A DNA stretch of 64,000 bases from Spirochaetia bacterium (GTDB lineage: Bacteria; Spirochaetota; Spirochaetia; CAKZLE01), in assembly GCA_963677595.1 (NCBI GenBank), contig OY782041.1, positions 1,152,001 through 1,216,000 of the forward strand, given 5' to 3'. Position numbers and translations under genes: made by a program. Each line of letters starts with the position of its first letter. Within the stretch, counting starts at the first letter, position 1. This document shows positions 9,107 to 19,432 of the stretch, in pieces. A model generated the notes under the pieces. That model saw only the letters and a program-made list of their open reading frames with translations, ran no database searches and was not told the DNA's origin.

Positions 9107-10739
9107 TTGTTTCCTGTAAAGAGCAAGGCAGCTGCCATGCTGTGCATCCTCATTCTGGCGTTAACCACAGCTGCTGCCGGAGAACACTCCAGAGTGGCAC
9201 CCCCATCTGCCGCCTATGATTCATTGGTCGTCCTCTGCATAGAGACCGGGATAGTTCCACCTCCGGGGGGACACTCCTATCGGCTCAGCTGAACTTGATT
9301 TCTTCCTCCAGAAGATCGACCCTGAACGGCTCTCTGAGTCCAGCAGGGAGCTCTTAGCCTCCCTCAGGGAAGCCTTGGACCGAGAGCCGCTTATACGCTC
9401 TGATGGACCTGCTTCACTGGATATCCACCCTGCATATACGTTCGAGGCGTATGCCCATACGAACAGTGCTGAGTTCACAACAGAAACCGACTGGGCACAG
9501 CGATGGGTCGACAGGGCGCCCATCATATCCATCCCCTTGGAGATCTCCTTCGGGAGGTTCCATGGGTATACCGACTTCATCATCAAACAGCGACTCCTCG
9601 ATTCCCTCACCAGTCCTGTTGGATTATATGAGGTGCCGTTCAGGACGAACAACACAATAACGGATTTCTTCCAGCTCGACCTGAATTGGCCCTATACGGC
9701 ATACGTAGCTGCCAACGGAAAGAACTGGGATCTCAGGATGGGGAGGGACCGTATCAGCTGGGGAAACGGGCATACCGGAAACCTGCTTGTCTCAGACCAC
9801 CAGCCCTTCCATGATATGCTGCTCTTCTCGGCTTGGAGCGACCTGATCGGTTATACTACCGGGCTGATCAGGTTCACCCCGCCGGACTGGGGTGACGGAT
9901 CAGGCCCAGGGCAGACCGAGACATCACTTGATGACTACAAAGCCCTGGTCGCCCATCGTCTGACGCTCCGCATTCCCGACAGCATCCAGCTGACGGTCAC
10001 CGAGGCGATGATGTTCCAATCCGATCACCTTGATATTGCCTTCCTCAATCCGGCGATGATCTACCACCAGTACTTCATGCGATCGATCTCCAACTCGATG
10101 CTCACCTTCGAGCTGGAGTGGGTACCTGTCAACAACCTCATGCTCTATGGCCAGTTCGGCATCGATGAACTGCAGATCCTCGGTGAGAGTACCTCAACGA
10201 CTCCCAATGCCCTCGGCTATCTCCTCGGAGCGGATTATATCCTCCCGCTGTCAGGCTCCCTCCTCAGGTTCTGGGGAGAGTTCGTCCACCTTGATCCCTG
10301 CTTCTACCTGCGGGACGGCGTGAACTTCATCACGCCGATACGGAGCCAGTATCCTGAAGGGAACTTCACCATGGTGGACTACTACCTCGGGTATCCCTGG
10401 GGCGGGGATCTCCAGACTGTCGCCTGCGGGGTTGACTGGGTCCCGGGTTCCGGGACGACAGCCTCCTTGAGCTATACCTACCTGGCCAAGGGCGAGACCT
10501 CACCGTCTTCAGCCTACCCTCCGGTGAATCCCCAGGCGACGGCCCCGAGCGGGATACCGGAGTATCGCTCGATCCTATCACTCGAAGGGGAGTTCCTGCT
10601 CTCCCAGAAGATCATCCCTGGGGCCGACCTGACCCTTGGAGCTGGATTAGCATGGTATGTAGTCCGGAACCGGGACCATGTCATCTCAGGTCCGGAAGCT
10701 GACCTGCAGTCTGTCATATCTGCATCAATACGATTTTAG
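9107..10739 (+). pseudogene. Wzi-like beta-barrel paralog 1, frameshifted at G6 (9265-9270)
   Basis: ORF 9107..9292 carries the signal peptide and N-terminus, ORF 9375..10739 the rest. Removing one G gives GIVPPPGDTPIGSAELDFFLQKID, in register with paralog GLSLPSSSGPWSAAELANMLDKID. GRDRISWGNGHTGNL and AHRL motifs; C-terminal Phe. Confidence 0.8.
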
Positions 10740-10750
10740 GAGAAAGAACT

Positions 10751-12481
10751 ATGAAAAAGATCCTGTACGTACTAATCATCTTCGGCGCAGCACTCTCATG
10801 CCTCCAGGCTGAGAACCTGCAGAAACTGTATGAGATCGGGGATCCTGTGTATACAGAGATGAAAGCGATCTACCTGGATGCAGGGATGGCCCCGCCGTCT
10901 TCGAGCGGCCCCTGGACCAGCGAGGAGATCCTGCAGATGCTTGACAGGATCGACAGGACAGAACTCTCTGACGGCATGAAAGACCTGTTTGACAATGTAC
11001 AGGGACGCCTGGACACCCCCGACATGAGCAAGAGAACATTCCAGGGGAGCCTGAGGGCATACCCGATCCTGGAACTCTATATGCACACAAACCCAGATGA
11101 CTATACGCAAGATGAGGACTGGGTATATGACTATGATGCCAGGCAGCCCCTGGTCGACATTCCCATCGAGACGTACATGACAGACTACATCTATGGGGCG
11201 ACCGACTTTGCTATCCTGAAGAACCGCTTCGGGATTGACGGGCAGGATGATGACATCTTCAGCCCTTCCTTTAGTACGAATTTTCCCTTCGACGAGGCTG
11301 TCGTGAACCACCTGGATCTCAACTTCCCAGAGAGAGCTGTTGCCAGTATCGGGATCGGGCAGCTGAATCTCTCGTTCGGCAGGGACGACCTCTTCTGGGG
11401 AAGCGGGCATACAGGCAGCATGACGGTGGGGGACCATCTCGACTATTATGAGTTCATACGCTTCATGAGCTTCCATGACAACTTCAAGTACACAGCGTTC
11501 TATGCCGGTTTCGACTCTCCGAGCTGGACTGATGCAGACCAGAACTCAACGATGGATGACAACGATACAGTTGGTGCACTTTACGATCCTGAAACTGAGA
11601 CTGTAACAACTACACCTCCACAGGATAATGATAACATCAAGCTCTATGCAGCACACCGGTTCGAGTTCAGGTGGTTCAATGATCGGGTCAACTTCAACCT
11701 CACCGAAGGCATGATCTACCAAGGTTCCACCATCGATTTCAGGTACCTCTCTCCGACCATGTTCTGGCATGACCAATTCATCAGGGGCAATGCGAACTCC
11801 ACCCTGGCCCTGGAACTCGAGGTCAACCCCTGGCGGTATATAAACACCTATGCCACTGTGCTGCTCGATGAGTTCCCCTATCCCGGGGAGGACCAGACCG
11901 CAGCAGGGGCCCATCCGAACGGTATAGGGATCCTCGGCGGGGTAGAGACACTCTATCCCCTCGGCCCGGGAATCCTGACCGGCTGGGTCGAATATGTCCA
12001 TACTGATCCTTACCTCTACCTGCGGGACAATGTCGATTACATCGTGAACCGGAGGATTTTCAATATGGAATATGGCTTCAGCGTCGATCGTAATTTCATG
12101 GGGTATGAGTACGGCAATGATGTCATCGTCCTGGCGGGCGGGTTCGAGTATGACTGGGCAGATATCCTGTCGGCGGAACTCAGCCTGACCTCTATGCAGC
12201 ACGGTGAGTTCTCTATGGATACGGATTGGGAAAAAGGTCCTGATGCCGTGAATGCCACAACACCCTATGATGACCCACTCACCCCGGAAACGATAGAATC
12301 TGCGTTGATCGTCACTGCCGGTTTAAAGCTATTCCCATTCCGCCTGATCGGGTTCGACCCGCTTGACGGCATGGGCCTGAGTGGCTCCTGCTCACTGCTT
12401 TCCCATACCAATAAAGACAACATCGACGGAAACAACACTTTTGACACCCAGATAACTGTCGGTATGAGTTACAGTTATTAG
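10751..12481 (+). CDS. Wzi-like (capsule assembly) outer-membrane beta-barrel paralog 2
   Basis: signal peptide, helical N-domain, GRDDLFWGSGHTGSM, AHRFE, DPYLYLR; C-terminal aromatic residue (SYSY). Confidence 0.7.
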   Translation: MKKILYVLIIFGAALSCLQAENLQKLYEIGDPVYTEMKAIYLDAGMAPPSSSGPWTSEEILQMLDRIDRTELSDGMKDLFDNVQGRLDTPDMSKRTFQGSLRAYPILELYMHTNPDDYTQDEDWVYDYDARQPLVDIPIETYMTDYIYGATDFAILKNRFGIDGQDDDIFSPSFSTNFPFDEAVVNHLDLNFPERAVASIGIGQLNLSFGRDDLFWGSGHTGSMTVGDHLDYYEFIRFMSFHDNFKYTAFYAGFDSPSWTDADQNSTMDDNDTVGALYDPETETVTTTPPQDNDNIKLYAAHRFEFRWFNDRVNFNLTEGMIYQGSTIDFRYLSPTMFWHDQFIRGNANSTLALELEVNPWRYINTYATVLLDEFPYPGEDQTAAGAHPNGIGILGGVETLYPLGPGILTGWVEYVHTDPYLYLRDNVDYIVNRRIFNMEYGFSVDRNFMGYEYGNDVIVLAGGFEYDWADILSAELSLTSMQHGEFSMDTDWEKGPDAVNATTPYDDPLTPETIESALIVTAGLKLFPFRLIGFDPLDGMGLSGSCSLLSHTNKDNIDGNNTFDTQITVGMSYSY

Positions 12482-12516
12482 GATCACAGACTAGGAATCG
12501 TATTCCCTTTGATTGT

Positions 12517-12544
12517 GAGCTGTCCAGAATCATCTGGGCAGCTC
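12517..12544 (+). other. 12-bp hairpin after paralog 2
   Basis: GAGCTGTCCAGA-ATCA-TCTGGGCAGCTC; no U-tract. Confidence 0.5.
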
Positions 12545-12654
12545 CATCCTATCCGGAATGATTTATTTTACTCATTAATAGTAAATACCTCTTGGGTCAT
12601 CCGCACATCAAATGGTACAATGGGAGCAATTGAACATTCAGGAGAGAAATTCCA

Positions 12655-14433
12655 ATGAAAAAACAACTCATCTTTCGACTGTGCGCACTAGCCCTATTCC
12701 TATCCCTGGTCATTGCGCCTCTGGCAGCAGAGAATTACCAGAAAGTGTTCCCGATCGATGCTGAAGAATACGATGCCGTCTGCTACCTGTATACCATACA
12801 GGGCTTGAGCCTCCCCTCGAGTTCCGGTCCCTGGAGTGCGGCGGAGCTTGCGAATATGCTGGACAAGATAGACAGGTCTGACCTCTCAGACGGTCTGAAG
12901 GCAGTCTATGATTTCGTCGATGAATCCATCAATGAAGTGAAAGACCATAGGATGTCCGACTCCCTGGCGATGTCCTATGACAATACACTCTCAGTAGAGG
13001 GGTATTACCATACCAACACGGACTCCTATATCGATGAGGATCTCTGGAGAATGGACTACGAAGCACGGAACGGTCTGTACAAGGGAGAGTTCGAGACCTG
13101 GGCTGCCGATATGTTCTACGGGGACTTCGACCTCGAGCTGAAGATAAACCCGTTCCGTGAGACGAATGACACCAGTGATATGTTCGGGGACTCGGCGATC
13201 ACGACGAACATCCTGATGGTCCCGCCATCAGTCCTCAATGACCTGAACATGAACATCCCCTACCGGGCCTTCGGGTCAGTCGGCGGGGAGAACTGGAACC
13301 TCCAGTTCGGACGAGACAACCTCTCATGGGGATCCGGGGAGACCGGGAACCTCATGCTCGGCGGCCAGCTGAACTACCAGGACTTCATCAAGTTCGCGAC
13401 CTTCCATGACAACTTCAAGTTCACCCAGGTCTACTCGTTCTTCCCGCACTCAATGAATTACCTACCTTCCAGTACTGCAGCTGTCTCCAGCATCACCCCT
13501 CTTGGGCAAGCGGACCCATGGCAGGGCATCAGGATGTTCATCGCCCACAGGCTTGAGTTCAGGATGTTCGACGACCTGCTCAACTTCGCGATCGGTGAAT
13601 CCATGATGTACATGTCAGAAGACAATACCTGGAACCTCGGGCTGCTCAACCCCTTCATGCTCTACCATGATAACTACATCCGGGCAAACTCGAATTCGAT
13701 GCTCTCCATGGAGCTGGAAGCCACACCGATCGACAACTGGAGCCTCTATGGCCAGATGGTCGTCGATGAATTCGCTCTGCCTGGGGAAGATAGTACAGGG
13801 GGGGATGCTCATCCAACTGCTTTTGGATACTTGGGAGGAGTGAAAACCGCCTATCCAATAGGAGATGGGATCTTCTACGGTATACTTGAAGGAGCTAAGA
13901 CGGATCCATATCTCTATTTGCGTGGCGATGGTCTCTCAGACTCAGATCAGGGTTATAATGAATATGGTATAAACTACGTTGTCGGTGTCCGATCATTCTC
14001 ACCGGACGGCAACATCTCGATCGATGAGGACTTCCTCGGCTATGAGTACGGCTGTGATGCCATAGTCTTGAACCTTACCGGTGGATACAAGGTATTCAAG
14101 AAATTCTATGTAGAGGGGACATTCTTCTACATGCTGCATGGAATCAATGACCTGCATACCCTTTGGGATAATGGAGCTGATGGAGAGGATGATCCTTGTC
14201 TTTACACAACCCCGAACACCAATGAAACAAACAATATCCTGATCTCAGGGGAAGCCAAAGACGCTGTCGAGACCACCCTCCTCCTCGAACTCAAGGGAGG
14301 CTACAATATCCTGCCCAACCTCGAGGTCTACGGGCAGCTTGACTGGGTAAGTAAGCAGAACTTCGGCAATGTCGAGACTAACGGCACCCAGACTGATACC
14401 CAGGTATCTATCGGTACCACCTTCTCCTTCTAA
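12655..14433 (+). CDS. Wzi-like beta-barrel paralog 3
   Basis: signal peptide, GRDNLSWGSGETGNL, AHRLE, DPYLYLR; C-terminal TFSF. Confidence 0.7.
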   Translation: MKKQLIFRLCALALFLSLVIAPLAAENYQKVFPIDAEEYDAVCYLYTIQGLSLPSSSGPWSAAELANMLDKIDRSDLSDGLKAVYDFVDESINEVKDHRMSDSLAMSYDNTLSVEGYYHTNTDSYIDEDLWRMDYEARNGLYKGEFETWAADMFYGDFDLELKINPFRETNDTSDMFGDSAITTNILMVPPSVLNDLNMNIPYRAFGSVGGENWNLQFGRDNLSWGSGETGNLMLGGQLNYQDFIKFATFHDNFKFTQVYSFFPHSMNYLPSSTAAVSSITPLGQADPWQGIRMFIAHRLEFRMFDDLLNFAIGESMMYMSEDNTWNLGLLNPFMLYHDNYIRANSNSMLSMELEATPIDNWSLYGQMVVDEFALPGEDSTGGDAHPTAFGYLGGVKTAYPIGDGIFYGILEGAKTDPYLYLRGDGLSDSDQGYNEYGINYVVGVRSFSPDGNISIDEDFLGYEYGCDAIVLNLTGGYKVFKKFYVEGTFFYMLHGINDLHTLWDNGADGEDDPCLYTTPNTNETNNILISGEAKDAVETTLLLELKGGYNILPNLEVYGQLDWVSKQNFGNVETNGTQTDTQVSIGTTFSF

Positions 14434-14457
14434 TACGCTATCAACCATACCAAGTAT

Positions 14458-14496
14458 GACCTGTGGGAATACCCAATTCCCACAGGTCTTCTTTTT
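14458..14496 (+). terminator. intrinsic terminator
   Basis: GACCTGTGGGAAT-ACCCA-ATTCCCACAGGTC (13-bp perfect stem) followed by TTCTTTTT. Confidence 0.9.
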
Positions 14497-14713
14497 GCTT
14501 GAATCACATCGAATAAAAACGTGATGTTTGATCGCAGTGATAAGAGGTTCTTTCGGTGAGCAACTGGCGAACATGGTCAGGAGTTCTTCCTGCAGTGGCT
14601 CTAGAGATACTACCTTGTACCCCGTATGAAACCTTACGGCAACAGGACAAACTAAGATTTCTCTTGCCCCCTACTTCCCATCATATGGTAAGATGGTCTG
14701 GAGTAGGTATGAG

Positions 14714-16207
14714 ATGAAACGAGTTGTGATTGTAGAAGATGAGATATTAGTGCTGATGGGGATCGTATCCCTATTCGACAGTCGGGAAGATTATATTGTT
14801 ACCGGGAAGTATACAAACCCTGTTAAAGCACTGGATGAACTCATGTTCACGAAGCCGGATATCCTGATTACCGATATCAAGATGCCGAAGATGGACGGTC
14901 TCACATTGATCAGAAAGGCAAAGGACGTCTACCCGAACCTGCCGATCATCGTCCTGACCTGTTATGATGATTTCAAGACCGTGAGCAGTGCGTTCAAACT
15001 GGGTGTCCAGGACTATCTTCTTAAACATGAGATTGATGAATCGAATCTGTTCACCCAACTCGATGCCATACAAACTTGTCGGGATAGAGAACCATCCGTA
15101 CCCCAGCAGACATCGCTCGGGTTCACAGATTTCCTTAATCAGAAAGCCCAGTTACCCTATACCCAGGGAGTCTGTATTGTCCTGATCATGTTCAAGAAGA
15201 TCTATAATGACCATGCAGAACCTATACCCTCCTCGATCAACCTCCAATGGGCCCTTAACACGGTTCAGGAGATGATCCCCCCCTCCATTGGTTCAGTATT
15301 CATCTCAGGAAATAAGGATATCATCTGCATCCTCAATGCAGATACGACACTTACAGAAAAGCGCAACAGGATCATCCATGAGTTCCATAGACAATTATCT
15401 ACCGTGATCAACAGGCCTGTGATCATCATACGGAGCAGGAAAGCGACAAGCGACTCAATCTCGGAGGTCTGGTCTGAACTCAGTTCCAAACGGGCATGTA
15501 TCTATTACCGTACCTCAGGGGAGATCCTCGCAGCTGATTCTGACCGCTGCAGGATAACCAGGAGACAGCTTCAATTCCCGGATCCTCTCCTGATGTTCTC
15601 AGAACCAACAGAAGCCTCATGGGTTTCCGGTATGTCAGAACTTCATAGAGTTGCCTGTACTGAGAGAGTGGATCCCTCCATGCTAGCCTTGCAGCTTCTC
15701 CTGTACTGGAATTCTGTCAATACAATCATCTCTTCAGTGATCGACGTCCAGCAGAACGATCAGACCCCATCGATCTATGATTCGATTCAGCGTTACGATG
15801 ATACAGACATGCTCATGACCTGGTATATACGCATGCTCTCACAGCTTATCAGGGATATGCGTTCTTTCTCGGGCAGGAACCATACCATTATACATATCAA
15901 GATATACCTGCACAGACACTATCAGGAACATATTACGCTTGCATCCTTATCCAGGATGTTCAACCTGAATGAAGCATACCTTTCCGAACTCTTCAAACGG
16001 GAAACCGGGATAGGATACCTGGAATTCCTTACCTCCATCCGCCTGGATCATGCCAAGCGATTACTGCGGGAATCTGAAAAGACAGCTGAAGAGATTGGCT
16101 TCCTGACAGGGTTCCCCAATGCAAGCCATTTCTCAAAGACTTTCAAGCGGTTAACGGGAAAAACCATCACCGAATTTCGCGAAATACCCGTCCTACCTGA
16201 AGAATAG
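14714..16207 (+). CDS. YesN-type response regulator (REC + AraC HTH)
   Basis: IVEDE, ITDIKMP, YLLK; C-terminal AraC domain YLSELFKRETG...GF.NASHFSKTFK; start placed at 14714 (ORF track 14693). Confidence 0.92.
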   Translation: MKRVVIVEDEILVLMGIVSLFDSREDYIVTGKYTNPVKALDELMFTKPDILITDIKMPKMDGLTLIRKAKDVYPNLPIIVLTCYDDFKTVSSAFKLGVQDYLLKHEIDESNLFTQLDAIQTCRDREPSVPQQTSLGFTDFLNQKAQLPYTQGVCIVLIMFKKIYNDHAEPIPSSINLQWALNTVQEMIPPSIGSVFISGNKDIICILNADTTLTEKRNRIIHEFHRQLSTVINRPVIIIRSRKATSDSISEVWSELSSKRACIYYRTSGEILAADSDRCRITRRQLQFPDPLLMFSEPTEASWVSGMSELHRVACTERVDPSMLALQLLLYWNSVNTIISSVIDVQQNDQTPSIYDSIQRYDDTDMLMTWYIRMLSQLIRDMRSFSGRNHTIIHIKIYLHRHYQEHITLASLSRMFNLNEAYLSELFKRETGIGYLEFLTSIRLDHAKRLLRESEKTAEEIGFLTGFPNASHFSKTFKRLTGKTITEFREIPVLPEE

Positions 16208-16278
16208 GACAGTATTCCTGAAAATCAGAACATATATGGTTGAGGTGTCCTGAAGAATGGGAAAGAGCATCAGAACAA
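16196..16278 (+). promoter_or_regulatory. phased direct repeats, candidate response-regulator operator
   Basis: CCTGAAGAA (16196), CCTGAAAAT (16217), CCTGAAGAA (16249), TCAGAACAA (16270); spacings 21/32/21 bp. Confidence 0.55.
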
Positions 16279-16354
16279 CCGCTATGGCATGGTATAGGAG
16301 GCAATACTAGACTGTAAAAAAACAGTTCAGTATTGAACAAAAGGAGATTCACGT

Positions 16355-17605
16355 ATGAAAAGATTTCTGACGATCTTCATGGTGCTGCTATGCACGATGG
16401 GAATGCTCTCCGCTATGGCTCAGCAGGAGAGTACCGATACTGCCGAACCCACGGTCATCACGATCTGGGAACATACTCCCCATTTCGAGCTATCACTCAA
16501 GAATACCCTGGAACGATTCATGGAACTCAATCCTGACATCAAGGTTGAGTATGAGATCAAAACACCTGACAATTACCTGTCCCTGCTGACCACTGCTATC
16601 CAGGCCGGGGAAGCACCAGATCTATTCTGGCACCATGGAACAGCCACCAGTGACATGGATAATCTCACAAGTCAGGGAGCTCTCATGGATCTCACTTCCT
16701 ACCTTGACCTCGATGGGTACTCTGAGATGTCCCTCGACAAGGTGCGTGTGAACGGGACAGTATACCAGACTCCTGCTGCCACCATCGACACCCGTGCTAC
16801 GTTCTATGACAAGGACCTGTTCGCTGAGAAGGGATGGGCAGTACCCAAGACGTTCGCCGAGTTTGAGGCACTTCTGCCGAAGATCAAGGCTGCAGGATAC
16901 ACCCCGATCAGCCTAGCCGGCCGGGATAACTGGGATATCCTCTTCCTCTTCGAACCCATCCTTGCCGCTATGCATCCAGACTGGATCCAGGAAGCCGCAA
17001 CCGGTTCAGCCCGCATCAACGACCCGAGGGTGATCGACGCATTGAACAAGATGATCGAATGGGGTAATAAAGGCTACTATGGGAGCAACTTCCTCGGTGT
17101 AGATGATGCAGGTCAGCTGCTTGCATTCTCCAAAGGTCAGGCTGCCATGACGGTTGCTGGATCATGGACGGCAGATACGCTTACCAAGAACAACCCTGAC
17201 ATGAACATAGGGGCATTCCAGATGCCTACTCAGGATGGTCGGTCCCCGATCGTCCTCACCTATGCAGCAGGGTTCTCCGTATATTCAAAGACACAGCATA
17301 AGGATGAGGCTGTTCGGCTTGCACAGTACCTGACAACAAAAGAATCCCAGCAGATCTGGGTAGACGGCCTAGGGGCCATAGCTGGACTGAAGGGTATTAA
17401 CTCAGGAAGCAAATTAGCTGATGAGATCGCAGACGCGAATCTTGAACTGGAGAGCTTCTACAACATCATGGTTCTTTACCATGCTGATGGCCAAGCCCCG
17501 ACAAAGGTCTGGGAGGAGGATAACCCGAAACTCCTTTCAGGTTCACTCACAGCCGAAGCTCTTGTGGAGATGATCGACCCCATGATGGATTATCCAAATC
17601 TGTAA
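16355..17605 (+). CDS. carbohydrate ABC transporter substrate-binding protein
   Basis: signal peptide, NPDIKVE, AGEAPDLF, YDKDLF...VPKTFAEF, GQAAMTVAGSW. Confidence 0.92.
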   Translation: MKRFLTIFMVLLCTMGMLSAMAQQESTDTAEPTVITIWEHTPHFELSLKNTLERFMELNPDIKVEYEIKTPDNYLSLLTTAIQAGEAPDLFWHHGTATSDMDNLTSQGALMDLTSYLDLDGYSEMSLDKVRVNGTVYQTPAATIDTRATFYDKDLFAEKGWAVPKTFAEFEALLPKIKAAGYTPISLAGRDNWDILFLFEPILAAMHPDWIQEAATGSARINDPRVIDALNKMIEWGNKGYYGSNFLGVDDAGQLLAFSKGQAAMTVAGSWTADTLTKNNPDMNIGAFQMPTQDGRSPIVLTYAAGFSVYSKTQHKDEAVRLAQYLTTKESQQIWVDGLGAIAGLKGINSGSKLADEIADANLELESFYNIMVLYHADGQAPTKVWEEDNPKLLSGSLTAEALVEMIDPMMDYPNL

Positions 17606-17616
17606 TGCCCACTGTT

Positions 17617-17644
17617 TCACAGGAGGGAATCTTCCCTCCTGTGA
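17617..17644 (+). other. intercistronic hairpin after the binding-protein gene (mRNA stabiliser or partial terminator)
   Basis: TCACAGGAGGGAA-TC-TTCCCTCCTGTGA perfect inverted repeat; no U-tract. Confidence 0.7.
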
Positions 17645-17678
17645 TAGGATAACTCTAGCTATCTGGAAGGACTGACTT

Positions 17679-18602
17679 ATGCGAAGATCACGTGCATACT
17701 GGGGATTCATCACCCCGGGTTTTCTTATTTACACACTATTCATGATAATCCCTCTCGGTATTGCATTCTATTACAGCTTCTTTTCCTGGTCAGGGATGGG
17801 CAGCATGACATTCATCGGACTGGATAATTTCAGGAAGATATTCCTTGAACCCAGGATGTCCTCAATCTTCTGGAATGCCTTGGGAAATAACTTCACGTAT
17901 CTGCTGGTCGCCGTGTTCATCTTCATCCCGATCCAGATCCTACTCGCCTACCTGATCCATATCGAGATCTCAGGCCATAAACTATTCAAGCTCATGATAT
18001 TCCTTCCCTATGTCATCAGCCCCTCCATCGTGGGTTTCTTCTCCCTGCTGGTATTCGACCCGAATATCGGGATGCTGAACACCCTGTTCTTCAACCTGGG
18101 ACTGAACCAGCTCGCAGGTGCATGGTTCGGTGATCCTGATATAGCCTTTGGCCTTCTCGTATCCATCATAGGCTGGCAGGGAATAGGTGTTGGCATGGTA
18201 ATCATCCTTGCAAACATGAAGAATATCCCCCAGGAGGTCATTGAGGCGAGTATCATAGACGGAGCAGCTTCCTGGAGACGCTTTTGGAGCGTGGAACTCC
18301 CCTTCCTCAAGCCATCCATCTTCAATGTCATTGTCCTCAGCTCGATCTTCGCCCTCACGCAGTTCGACCTGCCATTCGTGATCGGCGGGCTCAACGGCGG
18401 GATAGATGGAAAACTTGATTTCCTGAATCTGGTCTTCTTCCGGTACACATTCGGAGATTCCTATAATGGGGAGACGGCAATAGGCTTCGGGGCGGCTATC
18501 AGTGTCGTCCTGTTCTGCATCATCCTACTGATCTCCCTGACTCAGAGACTTCTCCTTACCAGACTGCTATTCAAACATGATACTGAGACGGGGGCTGCCT
18601 GA
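17679..18602 (+). CDS. carbohydrate ABC permease (MalF/UgpA type)
   Basis: FIGLDNF, EAA loop EASIIDGA...RFWSVELP. Confidence 0.93.
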   Translation: MRRSRAYWGFITPGFLIYTLFMIIPLGIAFYYSFFSWSGMGSMTFIGLDNFRKIFLEPRMSSIFWNALGNNFTYLLVAVFIFIPIQILLAYLIHIEISGHKLFKLMIFLPYVISPSIVGFFSLLVFDPNIGMLNTLFFNLGLNQLAGAWFGDPDIAFGLLVSIIGWQGIGVGMVIILANMKNIPQEVIEASIIDGAASWRRFWSVELPFLKPSIFNVIVLSSIFALTQFDLPFVIGGLNGGIDGKLDFLNLVFFRYTFGDSYNGETAIGFGAAISVVLFCIILLISLTQRLLLTRLLFKHDTETGAA

Positions 18603-19432
18603 TGATCATAAGAAAGAAATCAACCGGCAGAATTATCGCGACTGTCCTGCTGACCCTGTATTGCCTTATCGCAATCATCCTGATCGGGAATATGGTGATC
18701 TCTTCGTTCAAGACCAAGCAGGATCTTCTGTTCAACACGTTCGGCCTTCCCGCGGAGATAACCTTCGGCAATTACCAGAAGGTCATCATCGAAGATGAGT
18801 TCTTCAGGAACTTCTTCAACAGCCTGATCCTAACAGCCCTTTCGATCACGTCGCTTGTCTTCTTTTCCTCAATGACTGCCTATGGGTTGGCTCGCTTCCG
18901 TTTCCGTGCCCGGGGGCTGCTTGAGACCTATTTCCTCCTGGGACTCATGTTCCCGATCCAGATAGCCATCCTGCCGCTATTCATCATCATGAGAACACTC
19001 CACCTGACGAATACGTTTATCGGCATGATCATTCTTTATACAGCCAATATGTCGTTCTCCCTCTTCATATTCAACCAGTTCTTCAAACAGCTGCCTGGAG
19101 CCCTTCATGAGAGTGCATTGATTGACGGTGCTGGTGAATTCACCATCTTCTTCCAGGTCATGATGCCTATATCAAAACCAGTGATCTCGACTGTCGGACT
19201 CATCAGTTTCGTGCAGATATGGAATGACTTCTACCTTCCGCTGGTCTTCCTGACAAAGAAGGCTCTCCATACCATAACCTTGGCTATCTACCAATATCTG
19301 GCAAATTTCCTTGCGTACTGGAACTATGTCTTTGCAGCAGCTTCCATTGCCCTGATTCCTATCATCATTATCTTCTTCATATTCTCAGACCAGATCATCG
19401 CCGGATTGACAGCCGGGTCGATCAAGGAGTGA
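18602..19432 (+). CDS. carbohydrate ABC permease (MalG/UgpE type)
   Basis: SSFKT, ESALIDGA, WNDF..P, GLTAGSIKE. Confidence 0.93.
   Translation: MIIRKKSTGRIIATVLLTLYCLIAIILIGNMVISSFKTKQDLLFNTFGLPAEITFGNYQKVIIEDEFFRNFFNSLILTALSITSLVFFSSMTAYGLARFRFRARGLLETYFLLGLMFPIQIAILPLFIIMRTLHLTNTFIGMIILYTANMSFSLFIFNQFFKQLPGALHESALIDGAGEFTIFFQVMMPISKPVISTVGLISFVQIWNDFYLPLVFLTKKALHTITLAIYQYLANFLAYWNYVFAAASIALIPIIIIFFIFSDQIIAGLTAGSIKE

Noticed and set aside
14558-14610. GCAACTGGCGAACA resembling the start of a ZTP (pfl) riboswitch
   Set aside because: The P2 stem and the 3' CGCCTGGGC pseudoknot hairpin are absent, and the downstream gene is unrelated to purine/folate metabolism
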